From an archaeon (lineage in GTDB: Archaea; Nanobdellota; Nanobdellia; Pacearchaeales; GW2011-AR1): a DNA stretch of 41,272 nucleotides. How positions within the stretch are numbered: position 1 is the first letter of the stretch; each line of letters starts with the position of its first letter. The stretch covers positions 1-41,272 of the forward strand of contig JAUYLQ010000018.1 in assembly GCA_030699005.1 (NCBI GenBank). The letters run 5' to 3'. The translations under genes were made by a program, and so were the position numbers. The notes beneath the pieces were generated by a model, which was not told the origin of the DNA, did no database searches, and was given only the letters and a program-made list of their open reading frames with translations. This document shows positions 22,638-31,596 of this stretch, one piece after another.

Positions 22638-23711
22638 ATGATTTCAAAGAAAAGGTTCATCCTAAAAAGAATAATTGATGATACATTTGGAAAGGCTCTT
22701 TTTACGGTTTTTAGTCTAAGAAGTAAAAGATCTATTCCAAAAAAAGTGAATAAGGTTGTTATTTTTAAATTGAGTACTTTAGGAGATTCGCTTCTTTCAC
22801 TCCCCGCAATAAAAAAATTAAAAGAAGACACGGGTGCAAAAATAGTTCTTGTTCATTCGGGAGACAATAAAGTAATCTTTGAAAACCAGGGGTTTATAGA
22901 CGAAAAAATCTTTCTTGATGTCTCAAGAAATAATCTCTTTGGATTTTTAAAGGCATTATTTAAAATAAAAAAAGTGAATGCAGATTTTGCAGTTGATTTA
23001 AGCCATACGGGATACCTTTCTGCAATTTTTTCAATGGTTTCGGGAAAGTTTCTAATTGGATTTTTTAATCCCGATGTCCCATTAAGAAAAGGGTTTTTTG
23101 ACTTTGAATTTCCAATTGGGGGTAATCACATGGTTGCGAATTATTTTGGGATTTTTTCAAAGATAAATAAAAAAGAGATTTTGGGAGAGTTCACCTTAAT
23201 TAGCCCATCTGTAGATAAAAGAGCCCGCCAAAAAATCGAAAAGGTTTTAAGAGGCAAAAAGAATCTCGTCGGGGTTCATCCATGCCATGAAATAAATGAG
23301 AAGTCATGGTCGAAAGAAAATTTTGCAGAGATAATTAATTACATTATTCTTAAAGGAAAGGTTCCAGTAATTCTAGGAAGCCCAAAAGAAAAACCGAAAG
23401 TTCAAAAACTTCTTCAATTAGTCAAAAATAGGAGCAAAATATTGGATTTATCCGGAAAGTTAAATGTGTCTGAAGTTTTCGGATTAATGAAACACCTTGA
23501 ATTTTTCGTTTCAAATGACGGAGGAATAATGCACATTTCTGGATCATTTGGCATTCCGACTCTTGGAATTTTTAGCGCTGAAAACCCAAAAAAATATGCC
23601 CCCTATAACAAAAAAAGTTATGCAATTGATGCAAGAAGAGTTTCAAAAGAAGAGTCGCTCAAGACGGCAAAGAAAGTAATTGATATTTTCTTAAAACAAA
23701 TTAAAAAATGA
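22638..23711 (+). CDS. Glycosyltransferase family 9 (heptosyltransferase-like)
   Basis: 'VVIFKLSTLGDSLLSLPAIKKLKE' and 'FVSNDGGIMHISGSFGIPTLGIFS', the two GT9 signature regions. Confidence 0.75.
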   Translation: MISKKRFILKRIIDDTFGKALFTVFSLRSKRSIPKKVNKVVIFKLSTLGDSLLSLPAIKKLKEDTGAKIVLVHSGDNKVIFENQGFIDEKIFLDVSRNNLFGFLKALFKIKKVNADFAVDLSHTGYLSAIFSMVSGKFLIGFFNPDVPLRKGFFDFEFPIGGNHMVANYFGIFSKINKKEILGEFTLISPSVDKRARQKIEKVLRGKKNLVGVHPCHEINEKSWSKENFAEIINYIILKGKVPVILGSPKEKPKVQKLLQLVKNRSKILDLSGKLNVSEVFGLMKHLEFFVSNDGGIMHISGSFGIPTLGIFSAENPKKYAPYNKKSYAIDARRVSKEESLKTAKKVIDIFLKQIKK

Positions 23712-24562
23712 AAGAAAAATTAGTTTCAATAAACATTCCAACATATAATTCAAAAAAAACTATTCGAAAAACGCTTGAGAGCTTAAAAAATCAGACTTAC
23801 AAAAATATAGAAATAATTGTTGTAGACTCAAACAGCACCGACGGCACCCTTAACATAATTAAAGAATTTAAGGAAATTAAAGTTTATCAGTACGAAGGAA
23901 CCCTTCTTGGTGCTAGGGAATTGGGGGCAAGAAAATCTAAAGGAAAATTTATAGCTCTTGTAGACTCGGATCACATCTTAGAAAAAAGAACAATAGAAAG
24001 GGCTGTGAAACTTATGAATAAATTTGATATGCTCTTTTTTTATGAGAGGAGTTACAAACCAAAAAAACTTCTTGAATTTCTTTATGATGCTGACAGAAGG
24101 CTCACACAGAATTATTTATCTGATTACGTTGAGCCCGTTGGAGGAACAGTCCTTCCACGTTTTTACAAAAGAGAAATTCTTCTCAAGGCTTTTAAAAGTA
24201 TTCCCAAAAAAATACTTTCCCTTTGTGTTGCCCATGACCACGCAATAATTTATTATGAGGCGAGAAAACTTTCAAAAAGAGTTGAAATGCTGGGGGATGA
24301 AAATAATCCCGCAATTTGGCATCAGGAGCCTTGGAGCTGGAGAAATCTTTTCAAAAAAACATACAGGTATGGAGTTACAACAAGAAAATTAATTGAGAAC
24401 AAAGTTTACCCCCAAATATTGAAATCAAAAAACAAAGGAAGAAAGATAAAATTTGGAAGTCTCGGTTTATCCATAAAAAGCAATATTTTGCGTCTTGTTA
24501 GAGAGATTCCTTATTTTTACGGGTACTTAACCGGAAAAAATAAACAAATTCCAGGTTTGTAA
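23708..24562 (+). CDS. Glycosyltransferase family 2
   Basis: 'VSINIPTYNSKKTIRKTLESLKNQTYKNIEIIVVDSNSTDGT'. ATGA overlap with the upstream gene. Confidence 0.8.
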   Translation: MKEKLVSINIPTYNSKKTIRKTLESLKNQTYKNIEIIVVDSNSTDGTLNIIKEFKEIKVYQYEGTLLGARELGARKSKGKFIALVDSDHILEKRTIERAVKLMNKFDMLFFYERSYKPKKLLEFLYDADRRLTQNYLSDYVEPVGGTVLPRFYKREILLKAFKSIPKKILSLCVAHDHAIIYYEARKLSKRVEMLGDENNPAIWHQEPWSWRNLFKKTYRYGVTTRKLIENKVYPQILKSKNKGRKIKFGSLGLSIKSNILRLVREIPYFYGYLTGKNKQIPGL

Positions 24563-24604
24563 GAGAGTAATTAAATTTAAAAATGGGGAGTTTTTGTGTA
24601 AATT

Positions 24605-25528
24605 ATGGACTGGAAAAATAAAAAAGTGCTTGTAACAGGGGCAAGAGGTTTTATTGGGTGTAATCTTTCAAAGGAATTGTTAAAGCGTGGCTCCGAAGTT
24701 TATTCTATTAGCCGTTCTCTTGAGGAGCCAAAAAAGAGGGGGAACCTAGAAGAAGTAATTTTTATTGATGGAGATGTTTCAAAAAAAGAGGTCTGGGAAA
24801 GGGTCCCAAAAAATATAGAATATGTTTTTCATTTTGCAGCCCCTTCTTCAGTCAATCTTTTTAAAAAAGAACCTGAAAAGTGTTTTAATGAAACTTTTTT
24901 TGGTTTATACAATGCGCTTGAATTTGCGAAAAGGAATAATTTAAAAAAAGTAATTTATCCTTCAACGGGAAATGTTTATGCTGGAAATGAGGTCCCCCAT
25001 ATAGAAACAGTAATCCCTAAGCCGACGAACCTTTATACGGTTTCAAAAGTAGCCTGTGAATCTCTTGCAAGCTCTTATTCAGATTTTGTTAATTCAATTG
25101 GACTTAGAATTTCAGCCGGATATGGTCCAGGTGAAGAAGGAAAAATTGGATTTGGAAGCCCTCCTTTTTTATTTATAAGAGATTTTCTAAATGGAAAATC
25201 TCCAGAAGTATGGGGAGATGGAAGTCAGACTAGAGACTTTCTTTACATAGATGATTTGACTAAAATGATTATAAAATCAGCTGAAGCAGATTACACAGGA
25301 ATAATCAATGTTGCATCCGGAGAATTTGTAAATTTCAAAGAACTCCTTGGAAAAATAAAGAATATACTCCAGTCAGACATTGAGCCAGTTTTTATTCCAA
25401 AAAAAGGTAATTATGTCGAAAAAATAGAAATGGACACAACTCTTAACAAAAAAATACTTGGAGTAAAACCAATTTCCCTTGAAGAAGGTTTAGCTAAGTT
25501 TATCAATTACCTTAAAGCTTCTTCATAA
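24605..25528 (+). CDS. NAD-dependent sugar epimerase/dehydratase (extended SDR)
   Basis: 'KVLVTGARGFIGCNL' and a 'YTVSK' catalytic YxxxK. Confidence 0.8.
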   Translation: MDWKNKKVLVTGARGFIGCNLSKELLKRGSEVYSISRSLEEPKKRGNLEEVIFIDGDVSKKEVWERVPKNIEYVFHFAAPSSVNLFKKEPEKCFNETFFGLYNALEFAKRNNLKKVIYPSTGNVYAGNEVPHIETVIPKPTNLYTVSKVACESLASSYSDFVNSIGLRISAGYGPGEEGKIGFGSPPFLFIRDFLNGKSPEVWGDGSQTRDFLYIDDLTKMIIKSAEADYTGIINVASGEFVNFKELLGKIKNILQSDIEPVFIPKKGNYVEKIEMDTTLNKKILGVKPISLEEGLAKFINYLKASS

Positions 25529-26634
25529 ATTTTCCTTAACTTTTTGTTTCTTTCATTTATTGAAAGTTTTCCGGAGTCTACAGTTTTAAATGCATTTTCT
25601 CCGATTTTTTTTCTTAAATTTTTGTTTTCAATTAAAAGGGAGAGTTTTTTTACAAGGTCTTCAACCATTTCAGGGTGAATTTTTGAGGCATCTTTATTAA
25701 ACTGTTTATAACTTGGATCGCGTTTCACATATCTATCCCAATGCATTTTTGTTTTTATTAAAAATCCGTTTTTACCTTCGTCGATTATTTCTTTCATTGC
25801 AAACATATCTGTTGCAACAACGGGGAGTCCAACAGACATGGCTTCAATGACCGCTATTGCAAAAGTGTCAACAAGTGTTGGCTGAACATAAATATTGGGT
25901 TTGTATAAAAACTCTTCATAAAATTTTTCTCGTGGCAGGTTTTCCTCAGTAAAAGTTACATTATGCAAGTTATTTCTAAGGTGAAGAGGGATGGTCCCTT
26001 TTATTTTCAAATGGACATTTTTGTATTTTTTATTTAGTATTTCAAAGGCTTTTAGTAAATCGTGTCCACCTTTTTGGTAAAAGTCAAGGGGGTCTGGAGA
26101 AGTTCTGCATATAAATGAAATTACAACCTTATCTGTATGTTTTCTTTTAATTTTTGTTGGGTGGTATGCAGCATGCACGACCTCTATTTTATCTTTGAAT
26201 TTAGAACAGTCAATCCATTCCATTAAATTTTTCTTTGCGGCTTCCGAGTATGGGAGTATTTTTTTGCAGTAAGGTGAAGAGAGATATCTTGTTATAATCC
26301 ATTTTGTGAGGGGGTTCTTTAAGTTTTTCCAGTTTAAGCTCGTAAACGAGGAAGCCATCTCAATGTCAAGAACCCATGGTTTTTTGTTTGTAATCAAAAT
26401 CCCCCTTGTTGAGTGGATAAGCTCTGAATTTCCTTTTGAATGCATCATTCTTGGAAGTTTTAAAATGCTCTGAATTAAAGTTATCATCCCTTTTATTCTT
26501 CTAGACAAAAAATTGTTATAAGTATTGTTTGGAATTACTTTTACATTATATTTTACATTTTTAGGGGGGTAATTTGAGATCTCTTTAAACAAAGGATGGG
26601 GCCCAGCTATAAGCTCAACATTGAGTTTTTTCAT
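25507..26634 (-). CDS. Glycosyltransferase group 1 (GT4)
   Basis: 'VDTFAIAVIEAMSVGLPVVATDMFAMKEIIDEGKNGFLI' (E-x7-E region). Confidence 0.75.
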   Translation of the reverse strand: MKKLNVELIAGPHPLFKEISNYPPKNVKYNVKVIPNNTYNNFLSRRIKGMITLIQSILKLPRMMHSKGNSELIHSTRGILITNKKPWVLDIEMASSFTSLNWKNLKNPLTKWIITRYLSSPYCKKILPYSEAAKKNLMEWIDCSKFKDKIEVVHAAYHPTKIKRKHTDKVVISFICRTSPDPLDFYQKGGHDLLKAFEILNKKYKNVHLKIKGTIPLHLRNNLHNVTFTEENLPREKFYEEFLYKPNIYVQPTLVDTFAIAVIEAMSVGLPVVATDMFAMKEIIDEGKNGFLIKTKMHWDRYVKRDPSYKQFNKDASKIHPEMVEDLVKKLSLLIENKNLRKKIGENAFKTVDSGKLSINERNKKLRKIYEEALR

Positions 26635-26684
26635 TATATTTAACTGACAATTATGCTTTTAAAGTTTGTCCGTCTTCTTTAAAA

Positions 26685-27596
26685 ATGGGAAAAAAAGCCA
26701 TAGTCGAAGGAAAAAAACAACCCAAAGTTGCAATAATAATAACTACTTACAATCAGGAAGAACTCCTTGAAGTTTCACTTGACTCAGTTTTCAAAAAAAC
26801 AGATTACAAAAATTATAAAGTTTTTCTTGTGGATGATTCCGGCAAAGGAGAAATAGGTAAAAAAATAAAAAAGAAATTTAAAAAAGTTGAAGTAATAACA
26901 AACAATAATAATCTTGGGTTTTCAAAATCTAACAATCTTGGAATAAAGAATGCAATAAAAAATTACAATCCGGATTATTTTCTTTTATTAAACGATGACA
27001 CCGAGGTGACAAGTAAAAATTGGATATCCAGGATAGTTGAAGTCGGGGAAAATGACAAAACCATCGGGATTATTGGGTTAAAAATAATTTATCCCGATGG
27101 AAGTCTTCAGAATATCGGGGGGTACATGAAAGGCTGGGAAATAGTAAAAGAGCTTGATGGAGAGAGAAAAAAGCCTTTTGAAGTAGATCACGTTATGGGG
27201 GCATGTATGCTCATAAAAAGAAAGGTCACCTCAAAAATAGGGATACTTGACGAAAATTATTCTCCATATCTGCTTGAAGACACAGATTATTGTCTTCAGG
27301 CAAAAAAATCCGGATTCAAAATTGTGAGTGTTCCAGATGTAAAGATAATTCACAAAAAAGGAAAGTCAATAGATTCTCTGAAAAATAAAGAGATTTTTAA
27401 AGTAAGAATGAAGAATGATATTTATTTCTCAAGAAAGAATTTAGGAAGATTCAATAAAATTTTTAGAATTTTCCTCTATCTGCCAATGGTGTGTATTTTC
27501 AAAAAGGGAAAAGATGAGGATTCACTAAATCCTAAGAATTTCAGACTAAGAAAAGATTTTTTAAAAAATTTGGCTATTTACCTAACATCATTTTAA
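26685..27596 (+). CDS. Glycosyltransferase family 2
   Basis: 'VAIIITTYNQEELLEVSLDSV..VFLVDDSG', 'LLLNDDTEV', 'EDTDYCLQAKKSGFKI'. Confidence 0.8.
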   Translation: MGKKAIVEGKKQPKVAIIITTYNQEELLEVSLDSVFKKTDYKNYKVFLVDDSGKGEIGKKIKKKFKKVEVITNNNNLGFSKSNNLGIKNAIKNYNPDYFLLLNDDTEVTSKNWISRIVEVGENDKTIGIIGLKIIYPDGSLQNIGGYMKGWEIVKELDGERKKPFEVDHVMGACMLIKRKVTSKIGILDENYSPYLLEDTDYCLQAKKSGFKIVSVPDVKIIHKKGKSIDSLKNKEIFKVRMKNDIYFSRKNLGRFNKIFRIFLYLPMVCIFKKGKDEDSLNPKNFRLRKDFLKNLAIYLTSF

Positions 27597-27597
27597 A

Positions 27598-28740
27598 ATG
27601 GAAAAAAATAAGAAAATATGTTTTGTTACAATAAACAGTCCTCCTGACTTTTTAGGAGGGTATGTTCTTTATCACAAGAATCTTATAGAATATCTCAAAA
27701 AAAGATATAAACATCTTGAAATAAACTGGGTTTATTTTGGGAAGGAAAATAAAAGTTATAAAAAAGACGGAATAAATTATTTTGAGCTGGATGGGGAAGG
27801 GGCAATTTCTTCTTTCACATTTGGAAGGAGTTTCAAACTTTACAGGTTTTTCACCAAAAATTACTTTGATATAATAAACTCCATTGGGGGATTATGGACT
27901 TATCTTTACAAAAAGAAAGAAGGTCAAAAAATAATTCAGACTTCTCATGGAGCTATTTACTATTTTAATAGAAATCATCTTAGGAGATTCAGTTTTTTTA
28001 AAAAGATTCTTTTTTTTCCATTGCTTCCTTTAAGCTGGATTTTGGAAAGGCCCCATAAAGAGACAGATAAAATAATTTGTGTTTCTGATAAAGTGAAGCT
28101 TCAGGTGGAGAAATTATATGGAAGAAGAAAAAATATTTATGTTGTAAGGACGGGGGTCGATTTAAAAGTCTTTAAACCAGGGAATAAAAGTGAAAACAGG
28201 AAAAAATTGAAATTAGAGGATAAAAAGCTTTATGGCCTTTATGTGGGGGGAGGAGGTTATTGGACTAAAGGGCTCGATAGAGCAGTGAGCCTTGGAAGAG
28301 AAATTTACAACCTAAATAAAAATTTTAGGCTTTTGTTAATTGGTCCCAATTATAAAAAAGTAAAACATCTGATAAATGAGCCTTTTATTAAATTTTTAAA
28401 GGATGTCGAACGAGAAAAAATGCCACTTTATTATTCAGCGTCGGACATGTTCTTTAATATGTCCAGGTATGAGGGGGGAGCTCCAACTCTTGTGACAAGC
28501 GAGGCGATGGCTTCAGGTTGCCTTATTGTTTGTTCAAAAGATTCAGAACAGGAGATAGTAAAAGACAACGAAAATTCACTTATAATCTCAGAATTCGGAA
28601 AAAAAGATGCAAAAAGAATTTTAGAGACTTTTAATGATAAAAAGTTAAGAGAAAAAATTATAAAAAGATCAATGGAAACAATTAAAGAATTTTCCCTTGA
28701 GAAATGGGGTAAAAGAACTTCCGAGGTTTTGTTGAAATGA
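27598..28740 (+). CDS. Glycosyltransferase group 1 (GT4)
   Basis: 'SRYEGGAPTLVTSEAMASGCLIVCSKDSEQEIVKDNENSLII'. Confidence 0.75.
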   Translation: MEKNKKICFVTINSPPDFLGGYVLYHKNLIEYLKKRYKHLEINWVYFGKENKSYKKDGINYFELDGEGAISSFTFGRSFKLYRFFTKNYFDIINSIGGLWTYLYKKKEGQKIIQTSHGAIYYFNRNHLRRFSFFKKILFFPLLPLSWILERPHKETDKIICVSDKVKLQVEKLYGRRKNIYVVRTGVDLKVFKPGNKSENRKKLKLEDKKLYGLYVGGGGYWTKGLDRAVSLGREIYNLNKNFRLLLIGPNYKKVKHLINEPFIKFLKDVEREKMPLYYSASDMFFNMSRYEGGAPTLVTSEAMASGCLIVCSKDSEQEIVKDNENSLIISEFGKKDAKRILETFNDKKLREKIIKRSMETIKEFSLEKWGKRTSEVLLK

Positions 28741-29666
28741 AAAAACTAAAAAATTGTCCATTATGTGGTTCCTCAAAAATTCATTTTTTATATAAAAATC
28801 AAGACAAGAATTTAGGGTCAAAAGGGAGTTTTAATCAGGATTTATGTGAAATTTGTAACTGCATTTTTTTGAATCCGCAGCCAGAAAAAAAAGAAGTTTT
28901 AGGGTTTTACCCAAAAGACAAATATTATTCTCTTCAAAGAATTGATAAGGGAAGTAAGGCAAATCTAAAAATTGAATTATGCAAAACTTATTTTGGAGGA
29001 GGAAATCAACTTAAAAAAATTCTCTTTTCTCCGATAAGTTTTCTTGCAAGAGGAGCCAAAATGAAAAAAGGTTTGAAAGTATTAGACATTGGTTCCGGTT
29101 CAGGTCAGTTTCTTTACGAAATGAAAAAATTTGGGTTAGATGTTTATGGCCTTGAGCCAGGGGAATTTAATCGGGATGAAACAAAAAAAGAAGGACTTAA
29201 AATAGAAAATAAACCACTTGAAAAAACAAAATACAAAAAAGAATCCTTTGACCTAATAACCTTGAACCATGTCCTTGAACACCTTGAAAATCCGGGTCTT
29301 GCCCTCTCTAAGATAAAATCTCTTTTAAAAAAAGATGGACTTTTTATAGTTGCAGTCCCAAATTCAAGAAGTCTTGCACATTTCCTTTTCCGTAAAAACT
29401 GGTATCAACTAGACACTCCTAGGCATTTAATAAATTATTCAGACAAAAATTTAAATAGGACTTTAAAGAAAAGCGGATTTAGGATTTTGAGGGTGCGGTA
29501 TAACTCAAGACCAAGCCAGTTCTCAGTTTCGTTTAGGTACCTCTTTGGTTTCAAAGGTAAAAGCATCGATAAAATTTTAGATGTAATTTTTCTTCCTTTA
29601 ACCTGGATTGTAAACGCTTTAAAACTCGGAGATCAGATTGAAATTTGGTGTGAAAAGGCACATTAA
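28737..29666 (+). CDS. Class I SAM-dependent methyltransferase with an N-terminal zinc ribbon
   Basis: 'CPLCGSSK...CEICNC', then 'LKVLDIGSGSGQFL' and 'ITLNHVLEHLENP'. Confidence 0.78.
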   Translation: MKKLKNCPLCGSSKIHFLYKNQDKNLGSKGSFNQDLCEICNCIFLNPQPEKKEVLGFYPKDKYYSLQRIDKGSKANLKIELCKTYFGGGNQLKKILFSPISFLARGAKMKKGLKVLDIGSGSGQFLYEMKKFGLDVYGLEPGEFNRDETKKEGLKIENKPLEKTKYKKESFDLITLNHVLEHLENPGLALSKIKSLLKKDGLFIVAVPNSRSLAHFLFRKNWYQLDTPRHLINYSDKNLNRTLKKSGFRILRVRYNSRPSQFSVSFRYLFGFKGKSIDKILDVIFLPLTWIVNALKLGDQIEIWCEKAH

Positions 29667-30613
29667 AAAATTTTCTCCCTCAAAAACTTGATAAAACTCT
29701 TAGGAAAAAAACTTAAGATGTAATAAATGGCATAATGCTTGTTTAGTCCATAAATTTTGAAGTAATCTTTTATTTCTCTTCGAACATTTTCCATTTGGTT
29801 GTCTTGGAATTTGGCGAGGATTCTTGCCCCTAAATATAACTTTCTAAAATCCTGTTTTTCCTTTTTCCATGAAAAAGGATTAAAATTTTCATAATCCTCT
29901 TTTCCATATTTTTTTCTTTGAAGATAAAATTCTTTTGCCTTATCAAAAAAAGCTCTTTGATTAGGCCTTGTGGCCATAAGAGAACCTCTTCTAATGCGAT
30001 ATTTCATAAGGATGTCTGGCAAATTGGTCATTATCTTTTTTTCAGTTAAAAGTCTTAAGTATAGATCATAATCCTCAGAGATAATGAATTTTTCTCTATA
30101 GAATAATTCTTTTAGGTTGTAGTACATTATAGAAGAGTGGATAAAAGGATTTGATTTCATAAGTTTTTTTCTTATTTTTTTGGGATTGTTAAATTTTTTA
30201 AAAACTCCAATTTTCTCCCCCCCTTCCCCGATTATCTCCGCAGAACTCCCGACCAAAAAAATTTTTGGATGTTTTTCAAGATATTCGTACTGGACTTTGA
30301 GCTTATTTGGAAGGTATATGTCATCCGCATCAATTTTGCAAATATATTTTCCTCGGGCAAATTTAAGCCCTTCGTTTGCCGAGCCGACTGCGTCAGGATC
30401 TTTTCGAATTTTGAGAATAAACCTTTTGTCTTTTTTGGAATATTCTTTTAAAATTTTTAAGGAAGAGTCTGTCGAACCATTCTCAACAATAATCAGCTCA
30501 AAATCTTTGAATGTTTGGTTTCTTATGGAATCCAAGGTGTCTTCTAGAAATTTTTCCATATTGTAAACTGGAACAACAAGGGAGATCTTCGGGATATCTT
30601 TTTTTTTGGCCAT
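29663..30613 (-). CDS. Glycosyltransferase family 2
   Basis: 'ISLVVPVYNMEKFLEDTLDSIRNQTFKDFELIIVENGSTDSS', 'KIDADDIY'. Confidence 0.8.
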   Translation of the reverse strand: MAKKKDIPKISLVVPVYNMEKFLEDTLDSIRNQTFKDFELIIVENGSTDSSLKILKEYSKKDKRFILKIRKDPDAVGSANEGLKFARGKYICKIDADDIYLPNKLKVQYEYLEKHPKIFLVGSSAEIIGEGGEKIGVFKKFNNPKKIRKKLMKSNPFIHSSIMYYNLKELFYREKFIISEDYDLYLRLLTEKKIMTNLPDILMKYRIRRGSLMATRPNQRAFFDKAKEFYLQRKKYGKEDYENFNPFSWKKEKQDFRKLYLGARILAKFQDNQMENVRREIKDYFKIYGLNKHYAIYYILSFFPKSFIKFLREKIF

Positions 30614-30643
30614 GATTATAAGGGAAAGGCATTCTTTTTAAAA

Positions 30644-31594
30644 TTATTTAAACAAGTAGGAACTTCCATGGAGGTTCTTGATTGGGATTATTTTTAGAGA
30701 ATTTTTCTTTGCATAATCAATTATAGGGGATGCATTGAAATTTTCATCAATTTTATTCTGAATGGCCAATAACTGGTTTTTTGATCCAAACCATTTATTT
30801 TTTATTACATAATTTTGGGAATATTCTGAACTCTCATTCAAAGCCCAGGTAGAAATGAATAAATCTGCGTGTAGTTTAATTTTTTCCAAGAAACAAATTG
30901 GAAGGATATTTATCTTGCCTTCTTCTATTTTGTCTTTTATAGAGGCTATAAAATTAATCTTCTTTTCTCCAAAAACCGAACTTAAGTAAACCCATTGTAT
31001 GCAACTGAATGTAGGCAAATCGATTATTGTGTAAGTTTGGAAAGGATTGAATTTTTTAAAAATTCTTGCCAAATTGCCGTACCCCCCGCCCCATTCAACG
31101 ACTCTTTTCACTTTGCCAAAGTTAACTTTAGATGCCTCCGAATAGAATATCAGGTGATAGAGTTGATGGATTGTATTGTGGGATGTTCTATATTTGTTAT
31201 TTGAAAGAATGGGGTTTCCAATGTTCTCTTCCTCGAGTAGGTATTTTAGTTTTCCTTCGGAGATTTTCTCCTCTAAGAATCTTATCTCATTTCTCATCAA
31301 TTTACCTTCTTTTGTTGTAAACATGGTTTCTCTAATCACGGGATTGCGTAAAAAAGAAAAACCTGAATCTAAGAAAGTTTCCTTCATTCTTTGGTAATCT
31401 TTTTTCCATAGTGGCTGTATGAATTTGTCTAATTTTTCAGTCTCAAGATTCTTTTCAAATCTTTTGAATAAATGAATATTTTTTGCAAAATTTTTTTCTT
31501 GATAGCGTTTATATCTCCTTAAATAATTTCTGGATTTTTCTGTTCTTAAATCTCTAAGTTTTTCATAAAAGGAGTAGAGTGTTTTTTTTAACAT
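30644..31594 (-). CDS. Probable methyltransferase (sugar O-methyltransferase-like)
   Basis: 'VVEWGGGYGNLARIFKKFNPFQTYTIIDLP' resembles a SAM-binding glycine motif. The context is glycan biosynthesis. Confidence 0.45.
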   Translation of the reverse strand: MLKKTLYSFYEKLRDLRTEKSRNYLRRYKRYQEKNFAKNIHLFKRFEKNLETEKLDKFIQPLWKKDYQRMKETFLDSGFSFLRNPVIRETMFTTKEGKLMRNEIRFLEEKISEGKLKYLLEEENIGNPILSNNKYRTSHNTIHQLYHLIFYSEASKVNFGKVKRVVEWGGGYGNLARIFKKFNPFQTYTIIDLPTFSCIQWVYLSSVFGEKKINFIASIKDKIEEGKINILPICFLEKIKLHADLFISTWALNESSEYSQNYVIKNKWFGSKNQLLAIQNKIDENFNASPIIDYAKKNSLKIIPIKNLHGSSYLFK

Positions 31595-31596
31595 TT

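Noticed and set aside
17322-23711. Possible bacterial origin of the contig, suggested by SecDF and the GT9 heptosyltransferase-like gene.
   Set aside because: The same contiguous sequence carries eL18, eL21, Rpo3/4/10, Rpp21, an STT3-type AglB and a tRNA with a canonical archaeal intron. SecDF also occurs in Archaea in the secF-secD order seen here.
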